From Leptogorgia sarmentosa (Eukaryota): DNA of 64,000 nucleotides. Location: NCBI GenBank assembly GCA_964658305.1, contig OZ210885.1, positions 2,790,001-2,854,000 on the forward strand, read 5' to 3'. A program made the position numbers and the translations under genes. The notes under the pieces are model-generated. The model searched no databases, was not told where the DNA came from, and worked only from the letters and a program-made list of their open reading frames with translations. Below, one piece after another: positions 13,877 through 27,120 of this stretch; the stretch's first letter is position 1; every line of letters begins with the position of its first letter.

Positions 13877-14162
13877 AATCTTCCATGACAAATGGGCCCG
13901 ACAGTCATTTCATTTTTACATTTTAAAAATAGTTTTAAAACTTTATACTTTAAACTTTTTTATTTTTGCAATAAAACGATGTTAGTTTCAACCTCGTACC
14001 CAATTCTGCGCCGAGAAGCCGATAACCCCTGGGTACGAGGTTGGGTTGTGTTAGTTTCTTAATCTGTGGCCCAGGCCACGCGTGGCCACTATGGCTACTT
14101 CATGTAATATACACCTTAATAAACCATCATAAAATCCATCGAGTTAAAAATTAAAATTCAAT

Positions 14163-17100
14163 ATGGCGGCCAAATCGCCAAATCTCTATTTAGCTACATG
14201 TGGGCCAAATGTCGATTTAGCCGCCTCTGAAGAACTAGAAAGTGGCGAGGAAGAAACAAAATTAAAAGACAGCGAGAATGACAGTGCGGATGTCGATGAA
14301 AATGACGAAAGTGGTATGTATGCTCCTGGTTAAATGGATACCAATCTGATGTATATTATTGTCTATACAAAATACATGTATCCCCACAAAAGCACAACAA
14401 ATCTCTCGCCTTCATATTTGCATAGCAACGTGTGTTTTGACCATCTTGTTAAAGGCTTAAAGCCCAGCTAACCAACTTGGGTTTCAGTTTAGTGGCATCT
14501 GCTGATGTACTCAAATACTCAATATTTGTATCTAGCAGTATGAGTCTCTCTTTTGTCTGAGCTGCATTGTAAATTTGTGCGATGATGGCTATGAATTAAT
14601 GAGTTGAAACAGATGAAATCCAATATTATCTTACAGATGCAGTACAAGGTAATCCTGGATGGGCTGATGCCATGGCCAGAATTTTGACAAAACAACTGCC
14701 AGATGACAAGGTACCATTATAGCTATAACCATGTTATTTTAAACAGCTACAGTATGTTATCTTATGAAAAGGCCTTGCTGATTTCTAATACTTACAAATC
14801 TTCCTTTGAACCTTTTTCAACCAATCCTGTCATTTATATCTGTAATGTATGTTGTTTTATGCCAAAATTGTTAACTAGGTTGGACAACAAAAACTTGTCC
14901 CAACATGGGCCATTGCAGAAAACATTCATACCACCCCCACAGAGGAAATAGGAAGTGTACCCCCCTCCCTATCCTCATCTGATGTCCTAATTACATTTCT
15001 TTCCTTGTAACAATCTCGGTGGGCATACTGCATACACTACAGTACACGATTCTGATAATACATACCATCACCTAAAATGCAGGAGTAAGACTTGGTGCAT
15101 CGCAATTCAAAGCCTGGTCAACTCAATTGCACTCCTTGCTGTTTGCTATTTATGGTGCAAGACAATCCACTGTCTGATAAATGTTGTGTCTGATAAATGT
15201 TGTGTGTGATTAACGTTTGGAATTTAAGTAGTAGATAAATATAGCAAACAATCGTTAAACAACACATGTGGTTTGTTTCAGCCAGCTGTCCTCATTAAGT
15301 ACAAGAAAGCTGAAAGAGAAAAGAAAGAAAAACTGGAAGAACATGCAAAACAGAGGGTGGGTGTATGGTGCTAAAGGCCTGTTACTGTTTTCTCCTTTTA
15401 ATGGATGTGAATGAGTAAACCGGTTACAAATGTTCAGGTCAAGAAAGTACACAGATGATACAGTCAGAACATTCTTTACTAATCGACTTTTTCACATCCA
15501 TCAAAAGAAGAAAATCACACTGGAAATTGCAATGGTGTTGCAAATGTAAACAAGCTTTAAGATTTAAAGTTGAATATGCCTAATAACAGACTACATATTA
15601 TGATTGTGGTGAGGGCAGATAGTGGGTAATAGCATTAAATCATTATAATGAATGATAAAACAAATTTTGACATTTTGAGCAAAGGATTCTGGCTGTCTGT
15701 AATGGTGTGTAGATATATTAAGGAGGCCTGAAAATGACGTCCACACCACAGAGTATACATACATACAGAGTTGTAACTGTTGTACCCACTATTTTTGTGC
15801 GCATCCTTGGCAAGTTACTAGATGCGTGCATCTGATTGGATGACGACCTGATGACGACTAAATTTAAACTTGCCAAGCATGCGCAGTTGATCATTTTTTG
15901 CCGATCGCATTGAAAAAAAGTGGGTACGTGAAAATGCGAGTTTTTTCATATTGATTTACATTAGTTATATCTCTGTATAATATATCCTCTGTGTCCACAC
16001 TGACTGTGGTGATGTGTAACAGATACAGGTTTAAAACGGACGTCCCAATTGGCTGTGATGGTGGAAATGGATATAAGAGGCCTGAAACCAGAGAGTATAT
16101 AACAGAGAGCTAACTCAACATTGAAAAGTGACATTTTTATGTACCCACTTTTTTATGCGACCAACTGCGCATGCTCAGTAAATTTAAAGTTAGTCTTCAT
16201 CAGGTCTTCATCCAATCACGTTCATGCATAGAGTATCTTGCCGAGCATGCGCACAAAAAAGTCGGTACGGCAATTAGACGATCTGTATGTAGTAGTTACT
16301 CTGTGTCTGAGACTGACGTCCCACTTTGCATTCGTCATCATACGCCAAGTCACAGAGTAATTACAGTTTACACACAGAGGTCTAACTGTTGTACCCACAA
16401 AGAAGTGGGTACATGAAAATGTTACTTTTTAATATTTAGTTAGACCTCTGTCTGATATATACTCTATCGCCAAATGCTACTGACTTCTTCGCTGCTAAAT
16501 GACTGAGCGCGATCGTTTTAGCTTACATGACAATATTTCTCCTAGATGATCACTCAAGAAAAGCACCAAATGAGAGAACAGAACCATGTAAAGCCAGCTC
16601 CAAGTAATGACGAAAAAGAAAGAGCATTGAAAAGAATTGCAACCAAAGGAGGTTTGTAAACTCTTAAGGAATGTGATGTGACTGTTAAATATAAGCCCCG
16701 TTTACACTCACAAATTTTCCTGGCACAGAACGGCTAAATTATGGTACGGGTGCCAATTATTTTGGGCACGTTTTCTCTTTCGTAAACGGTCGTTGCCTTC
16801 CAAAACGGTACGTGTACGTATACTGTATGCATATAATTTCTTTGTGTACAGTGGTGAAGTTATTCAACGCCGTAAACAAACACCAGAAAGAACTGGATGC
16901 AAAACTAAAGACTGCGCCAACTGAAGCTAAGAAAGCAAAAGGTATTGGATTATTATTGGATTATTAGTAACTCTCATTTCTTATGTGAAATAACGTTAAC
17001 CGAGAGTATCCATGAATTGATGATCACAACACCACGTGAAACATTAGGGAAATTTGTACCAGACGCGACTTCGATAAGAAGCGAAGTACATGCTGTACAG

Positions 17101-18250
17101 TAAGACGCGATCTTATAAAAAAGCCTAGTTTTACGTACGTACAGTATACTGATGCAAAATATGGTCAGGGGCCGGTTGTAGCTACGAAGCCCGTTTAGCC
17201 TAAACTGTGGATAAGCCAAAATTTAATGACACTCGCAGTTCTTGTGAACGTATGAATTTACATTTCATGCACTAAATACGTTGTTTTTCTATATAGTTGT
17301 TCTATTCATGTTGAAAACTTTCAGTTTTGTTGTTCAATGAATTAATAGACTTGTTTTTATTTTACAGCTTATCTGCCGTTTAGTTTAAACCGGACTTCGT
17401 ACAACCGGCTTCAGGGGTCGGCTGTTCGTAGAACTTAAATTTAAATCACACTCCCATTCGTGTTGTGCAAAACATAGATCTTAAACACTATTACACTAAA
17501 TTTGTAGTTGCATAATGTATATAATTATACATAAGTGTTCCTTCCAGACTGAGAAATTTTATTTTGGTTGTTCAATGAACACATAGACTTGCTAAACGGG
17601 CAACTGACCCAGGCTTGGGTATTCTGTGAATCGCGTTTATTTAAGTCTCACTACGGTTTACTCGTTCACGTTTGTCAAAATGAGAACATCGCATATCAAT
17701 TTACTTGGAATCATTTCATCTCCTTTCTTTAGTGCTGAAGTCAGTGTCCAAGTCAAGCTTTCTTGATATGCTAAAAAGCAATTCGAATGAAACTGTTCAA
17801 CGTGGCAATGACGTATGTATTAAAATGATATTTATTTGTTAGGACGGCTTGATTTTTTATATATTTCAATGAATGCATACCGATAGACTCCCTTGATATT
17901 CTGGAATTGCATCCACTGTTTGGGCTTAACCGACTCCTTAGGTACAATTGGACTTTATCACCACTGACCACTCTCAGTCTTGGTTAATTCATTCACCGAC
18001 CATTTTTTCAAAAGTGGGCGTGGTGAACCTCCACACGCACTTCCGCTCGCTACGACCCAGGAGAAGTTGAAACGAGATTTTATTTCTGTAGGAGAATTCC
18101 AAAGATGAGAAGACATCGAAGTGGAACATTTTAAGAGACGATTTTATGATGGGAGGAAAAATGAAAGATTGGGATAAAGATAATGATGATATGGAGTATG
18201 ATAATGAAGATCACCAACAAATTGTTGATACTGACGAAGAAAGTGACTAA
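14163..18250 (+). CDS. RRP15: RRP15-like ribosomal RNA processing protein (~244 aa, 7 exons)
   Basis: Exons 14163-14313, 14637-14710, 15282-15356, 16546-16651, 16852-16941, 17733-17812, 18092-18250. Motifs GWADAMARIL, ERALKRIATKGVVKLFNAV, FLDML, WNILRDDFMMGGKMKDWD. Confidence 0.95.
15748..16466. repeat. Cluster of three copies of a ~250-bp MITE-like element in RRP15 intron 3
   Basis: 15748-15993 and 16089-16306 are inverted copies of each other (shared GTACCCACTT..., TCATCCAATCA, GCGCATGCT). 16352-16466 is an internally deleted third copy. Confidence 0.65.
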
Positions 18251-18820
18251 AGGATGATGCCTGTCTCTCAAGGTATTCCAAAAGTCGAAAAACGATGATG
18301 GGTGAGGTTTGATGAAGAGAATGGAGATCTAGTTCCAGGAAATTATTAGGGATACCGGGTACAAAATGTGAAGGAGATTATTTTTGTTGGAGGTCAGTGT
18401 AAAACACTGAATAAACAGTGGGGAGTACTATCCTTGGCTGCATTCCTGATACGCATTATTCATACGCATAAAAGATTGCGATCAACTTTGATATGAGAAA
18501 TTGATCTAATTTTACCTGGATTTTGACATATAAAGTAAAGAATGCTGAAACCTGTTAAATTGTTACCAATTGGCCTTTCCCCTTTTAGGCAAACCTTAGG
18601 AAATTCATTTGCATCTATTTTTACAAGATTTATGATCTCTTTCCAGCAGTGCTAATCAATTTTCCTAATTCAAAAGTCTGTCTAAAAGAGGTCCATTCAA
18701 AATACATCGCTAAACCACAGTGTAAAAGATACAGTAGTCCAACTCATTGTTTTTTTGTGAGCTGAAAACTGTTATTTGCTGAAGAGCACTTTTAAAATGT
18801 ACAATGGAGTTTATCTGGCG

Positions 18821-19343
18821 AACATGTAAAGGCAGTTTATGTAAACATGTAAAGAGCATGTAAAGGCAGTTTATGTAAACATGTAAAGAACATGTAAAGG
18901 CAGTTTATGTAAACATGTAAAGAGCATGTAAAGGTAGTTTATGTAAACATGTAAAGAACATGTAAAGGCAGTTTATGTAAACATGTAAAGAACATGTAAA
19001 GGCAGTTTATGTAAACATGTAAAGAGCATGTAAAGGCAGTTTATGTAAACATGTAAAGAACATGTAAAGGCAGTTTATGTAAACATGTAAAGAACATGTA
19101 AAGGCAGTTTATGTAAACATGTAAGAACATGTAAAGGCAGTTTATGTAAACATGTAAGAACATGTAAAGGCAGTTTATGTAAACATGTAAGGACATGTAA
19201 AGGCAGTTTATGTAAACATGTAAAGAGCATGTAAAGGCAGTTTATGTAAACATGTAAGAACATGTAAAGGCAGTTTATGTAAACATGTAAAGAACATGTA
19301 AAGGCAGTTTACGTAAACATGTAAGAACATGTAAAGGCAGTTT
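18821..19343. repeat. Minisatellite, 33-34-bp unit, about 15 copies
   Basis: Unit ACATGTAAAGGCAGTTTATGTAAACATGTAA(A)GA repeated in tandem. Confidence 0.97.
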
Positions 19344-19736
19344 TTTTTTCATAATATGTTGACCATGTTATTGACCTGGAGACATTCGTACACAGACATT
19401 AAATGTCATTATTATATACCAATCGTCAAAGTTTCCCTTTTGTTGTGCTTCATTGGTCGAGAGTGTATCATGTGAGAGCTACAACATTAAACTGTCCCTC
19501 GAATCAACCAGAGGGAGATAATACAACAACAAAGATCATGGTATATAATAAAGCACTTATTGACTGGGCCCAAAGGAAATAGTGTGTTTTGTGAACCCGA
19601 GACCATCGATGGACACTTTTTAGTAGACTGGAAATAGATCAATCATGTTATATGTGTGGAAATTTGATAAAGGGGTGAATAACAAACCAAGTAATGCTGT
19701 GTACACAAGCTGTCTTATTTATTGATTAAAATAAAG

Positions 19737-20288
19737 TTAAATTTTTGTAGCACATAATGGACAGATAGACTTGAAGTTCTGCCGCAATTGTCTGTAGCAT
19801 GTCACATGTATCAAATGGCCACAAATCAATTTCTGGCATTCGCCCTGTGAATGTAGATCCTGAAGGCATATCGGGCAATCTGAACTGGAACACTGCTCAA
19901 TACATGTATGCGTAGAGCCATTTTTGAAACAAATTCCACATCGATTACAATGACAATAATTCTCTCTTCCACCAACACGACATAAACCACACTTTGTACA
20001 GTGAAATTGTCCTTTATCACTATCATCAAACAAACGACATGACTGACAGAAATACAAGCCAAAAGTGATCAGACAAGAGCAACATTTTGGTGCAACGTCT
20101 TGTAAAACTCCACATTGTAGACATTTGATTCTCTGCACTGTATTTCTATCTAGTTCATGGTCACTTTCTACAGCATCGTGACACAATCGACAGCGATATA
20201 TTTTATTACAACACGGGCAGACCAAGGCACACTTCCTCACATAATGAGGACAAAACTGAAATGATACATCTTTCAAATTGTTGGCCAT
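19737..20288 (-). CDS. RCHY1: Intronless RCHY1/Pirh2-like protein: CHY zinc finger, CTCHY and RING-H2, lacking the C-terminal domain
   Basis: CPHYVRKCALVCPCCNKIYRCRLCHD (CHY), YFCQSCRLFDD..QFHCTKCGLCRVGG, and CPICLQDL..CGHLIHVTC..CPLC (RING-H2). Stop four residues after the RING. Confidence 0.9.
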   Translation of the reverse strand: MANNLKDVSFQFCPHYVRKCALVCPCCNKIYRCRLCHDAVESDHELDRNTVQRIKCLQCGVLQDVAPKCCSCLITFGLYFCQSCRLFDDSDKGQFHCTKCGLCRVGGRENYCHCNRCGICFKNGSTHTCIEQCSSSDCPICLQDLHSQGECQKLICGHLIHVTCYRQLRQNFKSICPLCATKI

Positions 20289-20514
20289 TTTGGTTTCTCT
20301 CTCTCACCAGTGTTTTGGTATCGGAGCTCCGGTACCTCATCCGTCGCACTGGGTATTTGTTGGACATCAATTTAAATTTGGTCTTCCTGGTATTAAGCAT
20401 TTTATCCAACTGAAAATGATATTCTTTGATTTTTACAAGCAAATTTTATTAAATATATCATATTCTTGAGAGTTAAATTTATTGGAATAATATCTCACGT
20501 GGGTATCGGAACCC

Positions 20515-20708
20515 GGTGTCAAGCGAAATTCCTGACCTCTGCGAAATACCTGACCAAGCGTGACGGCTCATGTATTTCGCGCGTGTAGGCGGGAAATACA
20601 TGACGCTTGCGAAATACCTGACTCGATGAAAACCTCAATCAAAACCACTTTTCTTGGTTCACATCTCGGTTTATATCGTGTTTAAGTCAGGAATTTCGCG
20701 TCACACCT
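20515..20708. mobile_element. Small MITE upstream of the RCHY1-like gene
   Basis: TIR GGTGTCAAGCGAAATTCCTGAC / GTCAGGAATTTCGCGTCACACC, with internal GCGAAATACCTGAC subrepeats. Confidence 0.7.
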
Positions 20709-21290
20709 GTCGTTTATTGGATCAAACTTTATTGATCCAGTCCTGCTGGCAGAACGCACGCGCATTCCGACCCTCCCGAGAATCGGGTGTGAAAAGTCGC
20801 CCAAAAATCAAATGGATGTGTAAATTGAAGATCTAAAGTTGTGTCTTGACAACCTTTATTAAAGCACGGCTAACAAAATAATTCACTAAATATTGACAAA
20901 CCTTAAAAACGAGAATTGTCGGACACCCCCCGGAAAGTTTACACTATTTGTCATCCCTTGAATTTTTGCCACCCAAAAAAATTTTTGGGAACGCATCGGG
21001 AATGCCCACTTTACTTACTTACTATCTTTATTATTGTTTTGTTGATATTGTTATGCCGACCTCCCCACAGGCCCCGACATCCCCCTCAGCCCGGAGTGTC
21101 TCCCTACAGTTACCAAAGCCCATATCCAAATGGTAGCAGGAACTCAACAGCAACATTTGCAACACCGTAATGACCGTACAACAGAAGTGATGTGAGTCCT
21201 GGTAGGTGAAGGCAATCGCCGGTATTGGGACGGTGAGGGACACCTGGGCTCATCATTTTGGCATGGTGATAAAATCCCCCCAACCATACC

Positions 21291-21767
21291 CATGGGCGTA
21301 CGGGCCGGGGGAGGGGCACGGGGGGGGGGGCCTGTGCCCCCCCAAACCGTTCACGGTCGGGCAATTGAGCTCGAATCGTTCGGGCAAACATAACTCCATC
21401 ATAGTTGATAGAATATTAACTTTATTAGACAATATAACATCAACAATACGATGAAAATTATTATCCTCTAAAACATCCTATTTGAAGTATTCTAATTCCA
21501 AAGCTCAAGTATTTCAGATCGAATATGTATTGCATAACGAAAGAGGTATAATATGACACCTTGAAAATGCCTTTACCGACGATCTAGAGACCCATAATAT
21601 TTAAAATTTTCTCGCTCGGCGCCAACCATGGTGGCGCCTCGTGAGCTTCGCCCCCCTTATCTGTCACCCCCCACCCCCCCCCCCCACTTCAAATGTCGTT
21701 CCACAGGTCCTGTGGGGCAAACAATAATGTGCCCCCCCCCAAACAAGATAGGGCCCGTACGCCCATG
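21291..21767. mobile_element. hAT-type MITE, copy A (left end of putative composite element)
   Basis: TIR CATGGGCGTACGGGCC / GGCCCGTACGCCCATG. Near-identical to 29412-29886. Left flank is ACCATACC. Confidence 0.9.
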
Positions 21768-22439
21768 TTTCCTATACAAGTTTTTATATTACAACTAAAA
21801 TATTTCCAATACGGCCTTAGTAAGCCCTAAATATCTAATTTATTTACCTAAATATTATTCTATTACTCGCGAATATTTTGTTGAATTACACTGGAGGACA
21901 GCAACTTTTGGTTTACAAACAACAGCCGTATAAACCAAAAAAAACACTCTGAACTTTAACTTTTTGTGCTACAGTTTGAGACTTTTGAGTTTCGCGCCAA
22001 AACAAACCACATCATTTAGACAGTGCTCAGCGAGTGCTCGGGGCATGTTAATCGCAAATTTGATCGAAACAGTGCCAACGCTTGTCTATTTAACAAAGGC
22101 CAAAACGACAATCTTACAAGTATATGAATGAAATAACCTCGAGATCCGATATGAACAACTATCTGGTTTGCTTATTTTGGAAAAAATCGAACCGATTACA
22201 AGTTGCACGTTTGTAATATCTTAAATTTAAAATTCAATCAATTTAAGAGCGGCAGTGAAGCATTGAGTTGACCTCTTGAAAGTCGAGAGTATTGTTCACA
22301 AATGATGAAAAGTTGTCAAAACCACCTACTTAGGGTGTTTAATTATTTGCTTTGTTGAAAAATGCCGTAAAAATCCCCATGTTGGGGTCTCTCTTTTTCC
22401 ACTGAAACGGAAGTTGGTCTAATTTGAGTTTTACCCATC

Positions 22440-22760
22440 CCTGTAAGAAAAAAACACCTGCCAGTCTTATTAGCGAAATTCCAAGGATAATAACATGCAT
22501 GCTATTGCTTCACGCAAGTCACTGATGATACATGATGAAGAAGAAAAAAAGCTTAATTAAATTGAGCAAGTCAAACCTGCTGATAACTTTGCGTTTACAA
22601 GTTTTTAGCATGCTAAAAATTCAATAAAGAGCCGCAGTGAACAACCTCTTGAAACTCGAGAGTGTTGGCGGTATTGCTTACTAATAATAGAAAGCTTTCT
22701 GTCTTCGGACGTGAGCTTTATTTACATTAAGCGTTTATAATTAATGCTGTAAATTGTACC
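22440..22760. repeat. ~300-bp direct repeat upstream of the GPCR, repeated at ~25110-25450 and partly at ~25480-25660
   Basis: Shared blocks such as CTAAAAATTCAATAAAGAGCCGCAGTGA.CAACCTCTTGAAA and GCTTACTAATAATAGAAA..CTGTCTTCGGACGT. Confidence 0.8.
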
Positions 22761-23505
22761 TAAAAAGCATTTAATAAAACTACGTATTGAAAACCGTTAC
22801 AATTTTTGCAGTTACTGCAATGAAATTCATTCGATGTTTTCAAAAAATTATTGAATGTTATAGTTCCTGTTTAAAAGAGAGAGTACACACAATTTTTTTC
22901 ATGCAAAACGCTTGTTCTTGCCTCTGTTTATTAATACAGCTCGAGTGGTATTATTCACCATGGGAACAGTGCCCTGTTTACTGTTTTAAACAGAAAAAAC
23001 ACCCAGAATTTTTAAATGTTAAATTATTCTTTCCCATGCAAAACGTTTATTCTTGTCTCTGTTTAAATACAACTCGAGTGGTAAAAGACACCATGGGAAC
23101 GCTGTCCTTATGTGTCGGGTTCTTATTGGCTGAACGCATCTGGTTTTGTGTTTAAATAGGGGTTACAGTCGATTCTGCGCATCGGTTCTGCGCATAACAA
23201 AAGGAGACTACTAAACGTAAACATTCGTAAACATTGTCCAAATTTCGCATTTTTTGAAACTTTTTTGAATCAAAACGCTGGTTTATATTGTTTTAGGAGC
23301 ATAGCAAACCCGAAAAGTGTCAAATATTCAGTAGTTCAATCAAATTTTACAAATATAGCAACTCAAAATGTAAACAAAGCGTTTGTTTACATTAGGGACT
23401 GTGTTTCTCGAAGTAACTGCACAAACCAGCTACGAGCTTGATCATTAATTTATTTCATTCAGCAAATAACAGAAGTACATTTCAAATTTCCGCTTCAGTG
23501 GAACG

Positions 23506-24414
23506 ATGAGCGACACGGGATATGATGCCTTCATATATTCTGATCTTACAGTAATTGTATTTGGGATTCTCGGCAATCTCTTGGTTATCATCTCCATACT
23601 GAGACAAAAGAATATGTTGAAGAACAACTACTACTTTCTTGTTCTTCATCTTGCCTTCTGTGATCTGGGAGCACTGATCATTTACTTTTTACATAGCATC
23701 AATTATTTTCCCGAACAGTTATTTGATTACACCAAATTTTATTGTCTTGGTGTTAATATAAGTTATTTCTTTCAAGCCTCAGGAATAGGTATGATGTTGG
23801 CGATTTCAGTTCTTCGTTATCGTGCTACTGTGCATCCCTTGAAACCTGCCATCAGTGGACGAAAATTGAAACTCGTTTGTGGTTTGGTGTACGTTGTTTC
23901 TTTCATTGCTGGTTATGGACCTGCTCTACCACCATGCTTGTTGCTTCGGAACATAGTCAAAACTGTTTATGATAAATATTTGTATATTTATATCATAGTA
24001 TGCTTCTATCTTGTACCAACCATATTTATGGCTGTAGCCTATTCTAAAATTGGTCAAACATTGATGAAACAAAACAATAACATAAAAAGCATTTGTTCAA
24101 ATCCCGTGAGACGGAGTGCACCTAGCTCATCCTTCGATATTTTGACATATTTTCGAAATCGAAAAACTTTCTTTGTTTGTTTCCTCACAGTTCTTTGTTA
24201 TGCAGTAGGACATACTCTTATGACTATTTATTTTGTTTCTTTTATCGCTGGAGAACATCATTTATTATGGACACGTTTTTATTATTGTGCACACATTTTG
24301 AGAGTTGCTGGGTCGCATTCAGTCAATCCTCTTATATACGGAACATTGGACAGAAAATTCATCAGGTTTTGGAGATCTTCCAGCACGAGGCGACGGAGGT
24401 CACCGCAACACTGA
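23506..24414 (+). CDS. Intronless rhodopsin-class (class A) orphan GPCR, 302 aa
   Basis: Seven hydrophobic segments. TM1 GILGNLLVI, TM2 LAFCDL, TM3 ISVLRY (LRY in place of DRY), TM5 FYLVP, TM7 NPLIY. Very short N-terminus. Confidence 0.92.
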   Translation: MSDTGYDAFIYSDLTVIVFGILGNLLVIISILRQKNMLKNNYYFLVLHLAFCDLGALIIYFLHSINYFPEQLFDYTKFYCLGVNISYFFQASGIGMMLAISVLRYRATVHPLKPAISGRKLKLVCGLVYVVSFIAGYGPALPPCLLLRNIVKTVYDKYLYIYIIVCFYLVPTIFMAVAYSKIGQTLMKQNNNIKSICSNPVRRSAPSSSFDILTYFRNRKTFFVCFLTVLCYAVGHTLMTIYFVSFIAGEHHLLWTRFYYCAHILRVAGSHSVNPLIYGTLDRKFIRFWRSSSTRRRRSPQH

Positions 24415-25689
24415 ACATTTCTTACATGAAACTGAAAACCAAGTGATTAAATTGATTGCAATTGTAATAATATATAAAGCGATTTTGGCCTACTCCTTTC
24501 TATAAGTCTTCATTTGTACAGCATACAAAAAGAAATAATGGCTATAGATATAATTCAGACAGTCTGTGTATCCCGCGAGGGAATTGATTGGCAAGTATCA
24601 TACGTCAAATTATAATAATTACGTATTCAGCTGAAGTCAGACAAATTTGTTATATTCTTGGTTTCATTTCCAGTCGAATTGTACTCAAAAGTCGATTATA
24701 ATATTTCACAAATTTTCGTACACACACGATTGACATTAGTTATCCACTGACAAGCACAAAAAACAAATATTCGTGGAGAAATTTTCACACGATTTTGCTA
24801 TGAAAAACTAAAAATTTATTTTGACTGAACTATTGACTGAATTATTGACGTCTTAGATAGTAGAGATAATTTAGTTTCATTCATTTATTGTATCCGTCAA
24901 TATTCAAGGTTTTCTTGTAATTTATGGCATGTAGTAACACTATGAGCAAAGAAACCAAAAATATCTAGAGGGTCTCATATTACTCAGTAAAATATTGTGC
25001 ATAAAATATTAATCAAATTTTGTAGTGTCTCATGCACGTCTATTGACAAGTAAAACATCAATAGTTAAGAAATAACAATTCTATTTCAATAACAATTCCC
25101 TGTTTCCTTAACAAAAAACATCTGCCTGCATTATTCCCATAATGCCAGGGATAATAACAGGCTAATTGTATGAAGCAAATTACTGTTGATGGTAGAGAAT
25201 AAAGTTATTAAAAATGTGTGACTGTTCGTTCGTAAAGAGGAAAAAAGTTTAGTAAAATTGAACGAGTCAAACCTGCTGATAATTTTCAGTTTACAATTAA
25301 GTTATTGATATCCTAAAAATTCAATAAAGAGCCGCAGTGAGCAACCTCTTGAAAGTCGAGAGTGCATGTTGGCGGCACTGCTTACTAATAATAGAAATCT
25401 GTCTGTCTTCGGACGTAAGCTTTATTTACAAGGGTTAAATGCTGTAAATTTCGTAAGTTCATGTCTCCTTATCTTAATTTTATTCCCAAAATGCCAGGGA
25501 TAATAACAGGCTATTGTATGAAGCAAATTACTGTTGATGGTAGAGAATAAAGTATTAAAAATGTGAGACTGTTCCTTCGTAAAGAGGAAAAAAGTTTATT
25601 TAACGTTAAATTGAACGAGTTTAACCTGCTTGTCTCCGGCGTGAGCTTTATTCACTATAGGGATAAATGCGGCAAAATTCCAAAGTTCA

Positions 25690-27120
25690 AGTATCGTTGT
25701 TTTAATTTTCGTCTGAGATGGAATAATTGAATTTTTTATGTGATTGTCGATCGAACTCGAAAGAATTTCCCACTGAATTTTAAAAGTAATAATTATGACT
25801 AATACCGGGTCAGTGCTTGTCAGCCATTTCTTTAAGCCAACAACATAAGTAACAATTAATTCATCTCTTCTGTACATAGAAAATTGTTCGGCTGTGGGAG
25901 TTAGTTAGTGCATACCACACAACTTCAACCGGCTAAACGTTTTATGTGAAATTCTCAAATCATTGCAATTTAAGCCAGGAAACATTGCGGAAACATTTTT
26001 TATTCCTGTCATTGTTTAACAGTTTCTCATCATTGTCGTGGAAACAAAATTTGAGGACACATGCGCGCAGGTATCTGCAGGCTGGCTTCCCTTTTTGTGA
26101 ACGCAAAAGTTCTGTGTACGCCTGCAACTTTCACTGCAATTTCTTGTGGGATTTTCTCCTTTTGGTACTGAGTAATCGTTGGCGAGACCCGATTATCATA
26201 AATTCCGTTTTAGCGACATTGAAACTTAGTCTATAAGCTATTAATAGTCATTGATGAAGATTTTGCAATTCAGAGTTAATTAGTAGTTCGAGTTCCGTAA
26301 CGGATTTTGCTGAGATGCTTATATGATTAGTATCGTCAGCAAACACTCTTGGAGAAGCTGTCTTTAGACAGTTAAGCAAATCATCAATATATATTAAGAA
26401 CAAGAGAAGTCCCAAGTTACTATCTTGTGGTACTCCACATGTTATTTTAACAGTTTCTGATATTTCACCATTAACGCAACATTTTTGGCTGCAATTCTTA
26501 GATATGATTTAAAGAATTTGATACCATTTTGGTCAATACCATGCATATATTTGTAACTTCCGCAAAAGAATGGCGTGATCAATAGTATCAAAAGCTTTTT
26601 TAATATCACTAAAAATCACTCCGTTAAGTCTAAGAAACCCATTATCTATGTTGACTGACCATATAATTTATGTCCTTGGTTTCTATCGGAGCAGTTTGTG
26701 TGCAATGTTCTAAAACCAGATTGAGACGCAGATTATTACGATTTAGTAATAATTATGCTATATCTTCGGATGTATTTATCGTTTCTTCACCTACTTTAAT
26801 GTTAGATTATGGTTTTCTGGCTAGAAGCATTGCGAGAGTTTAATTCGTTAATAAGTTTTCAAGTAGATTTTGGATTTTTCTTATTAGCCTCAAGGTTATT
26901 CGTAAAATATTGACTTTTTACTTTTTTAATTTCATTGTTCATGCAATTTCGTGAATATTTGTATTATTGCCAAATTAATAATCACCATCACCAGTCTGTT
27001 TAGCCTTCTCTTTCATAAAATCTCTCCCGCGCATTTTTTGCTTTAAATAATTGGCAGTGATCCAGGGGGATTTCTTATTCCCCACCACCCTTTTTGATCG
27101 TTTTTTTTGATCGAGGCCGT
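25690..27120 (-). mobile_element. Degraded CR1/L2-group LINE ORF2 (reverse transcriptase) fragment
   Basis: The minus strand gives KSPWITANYLKQKMRGRDFMK (~27070) and ITCGVPQDSNLGLLLFLIYIDDL...VFADDT (~26325-26450), which are non-LTR RT motifs. The frame is broken. Confidence 0.85.

Noticed and set aside
18821..19343. CRISPR-like array or coding repeat (ORF 19075-19263)
   Set aside because: Head-to-tail units with no unique spacers, eukaryotic context and no cas genes. The ORF is a by-product of the 33-bp unit.
20206..20442. ORF overlapping the RCHY1-like start in another frame
   Set aside because: No homology recognised. It could be a uORF, but there is no supporting evidence.
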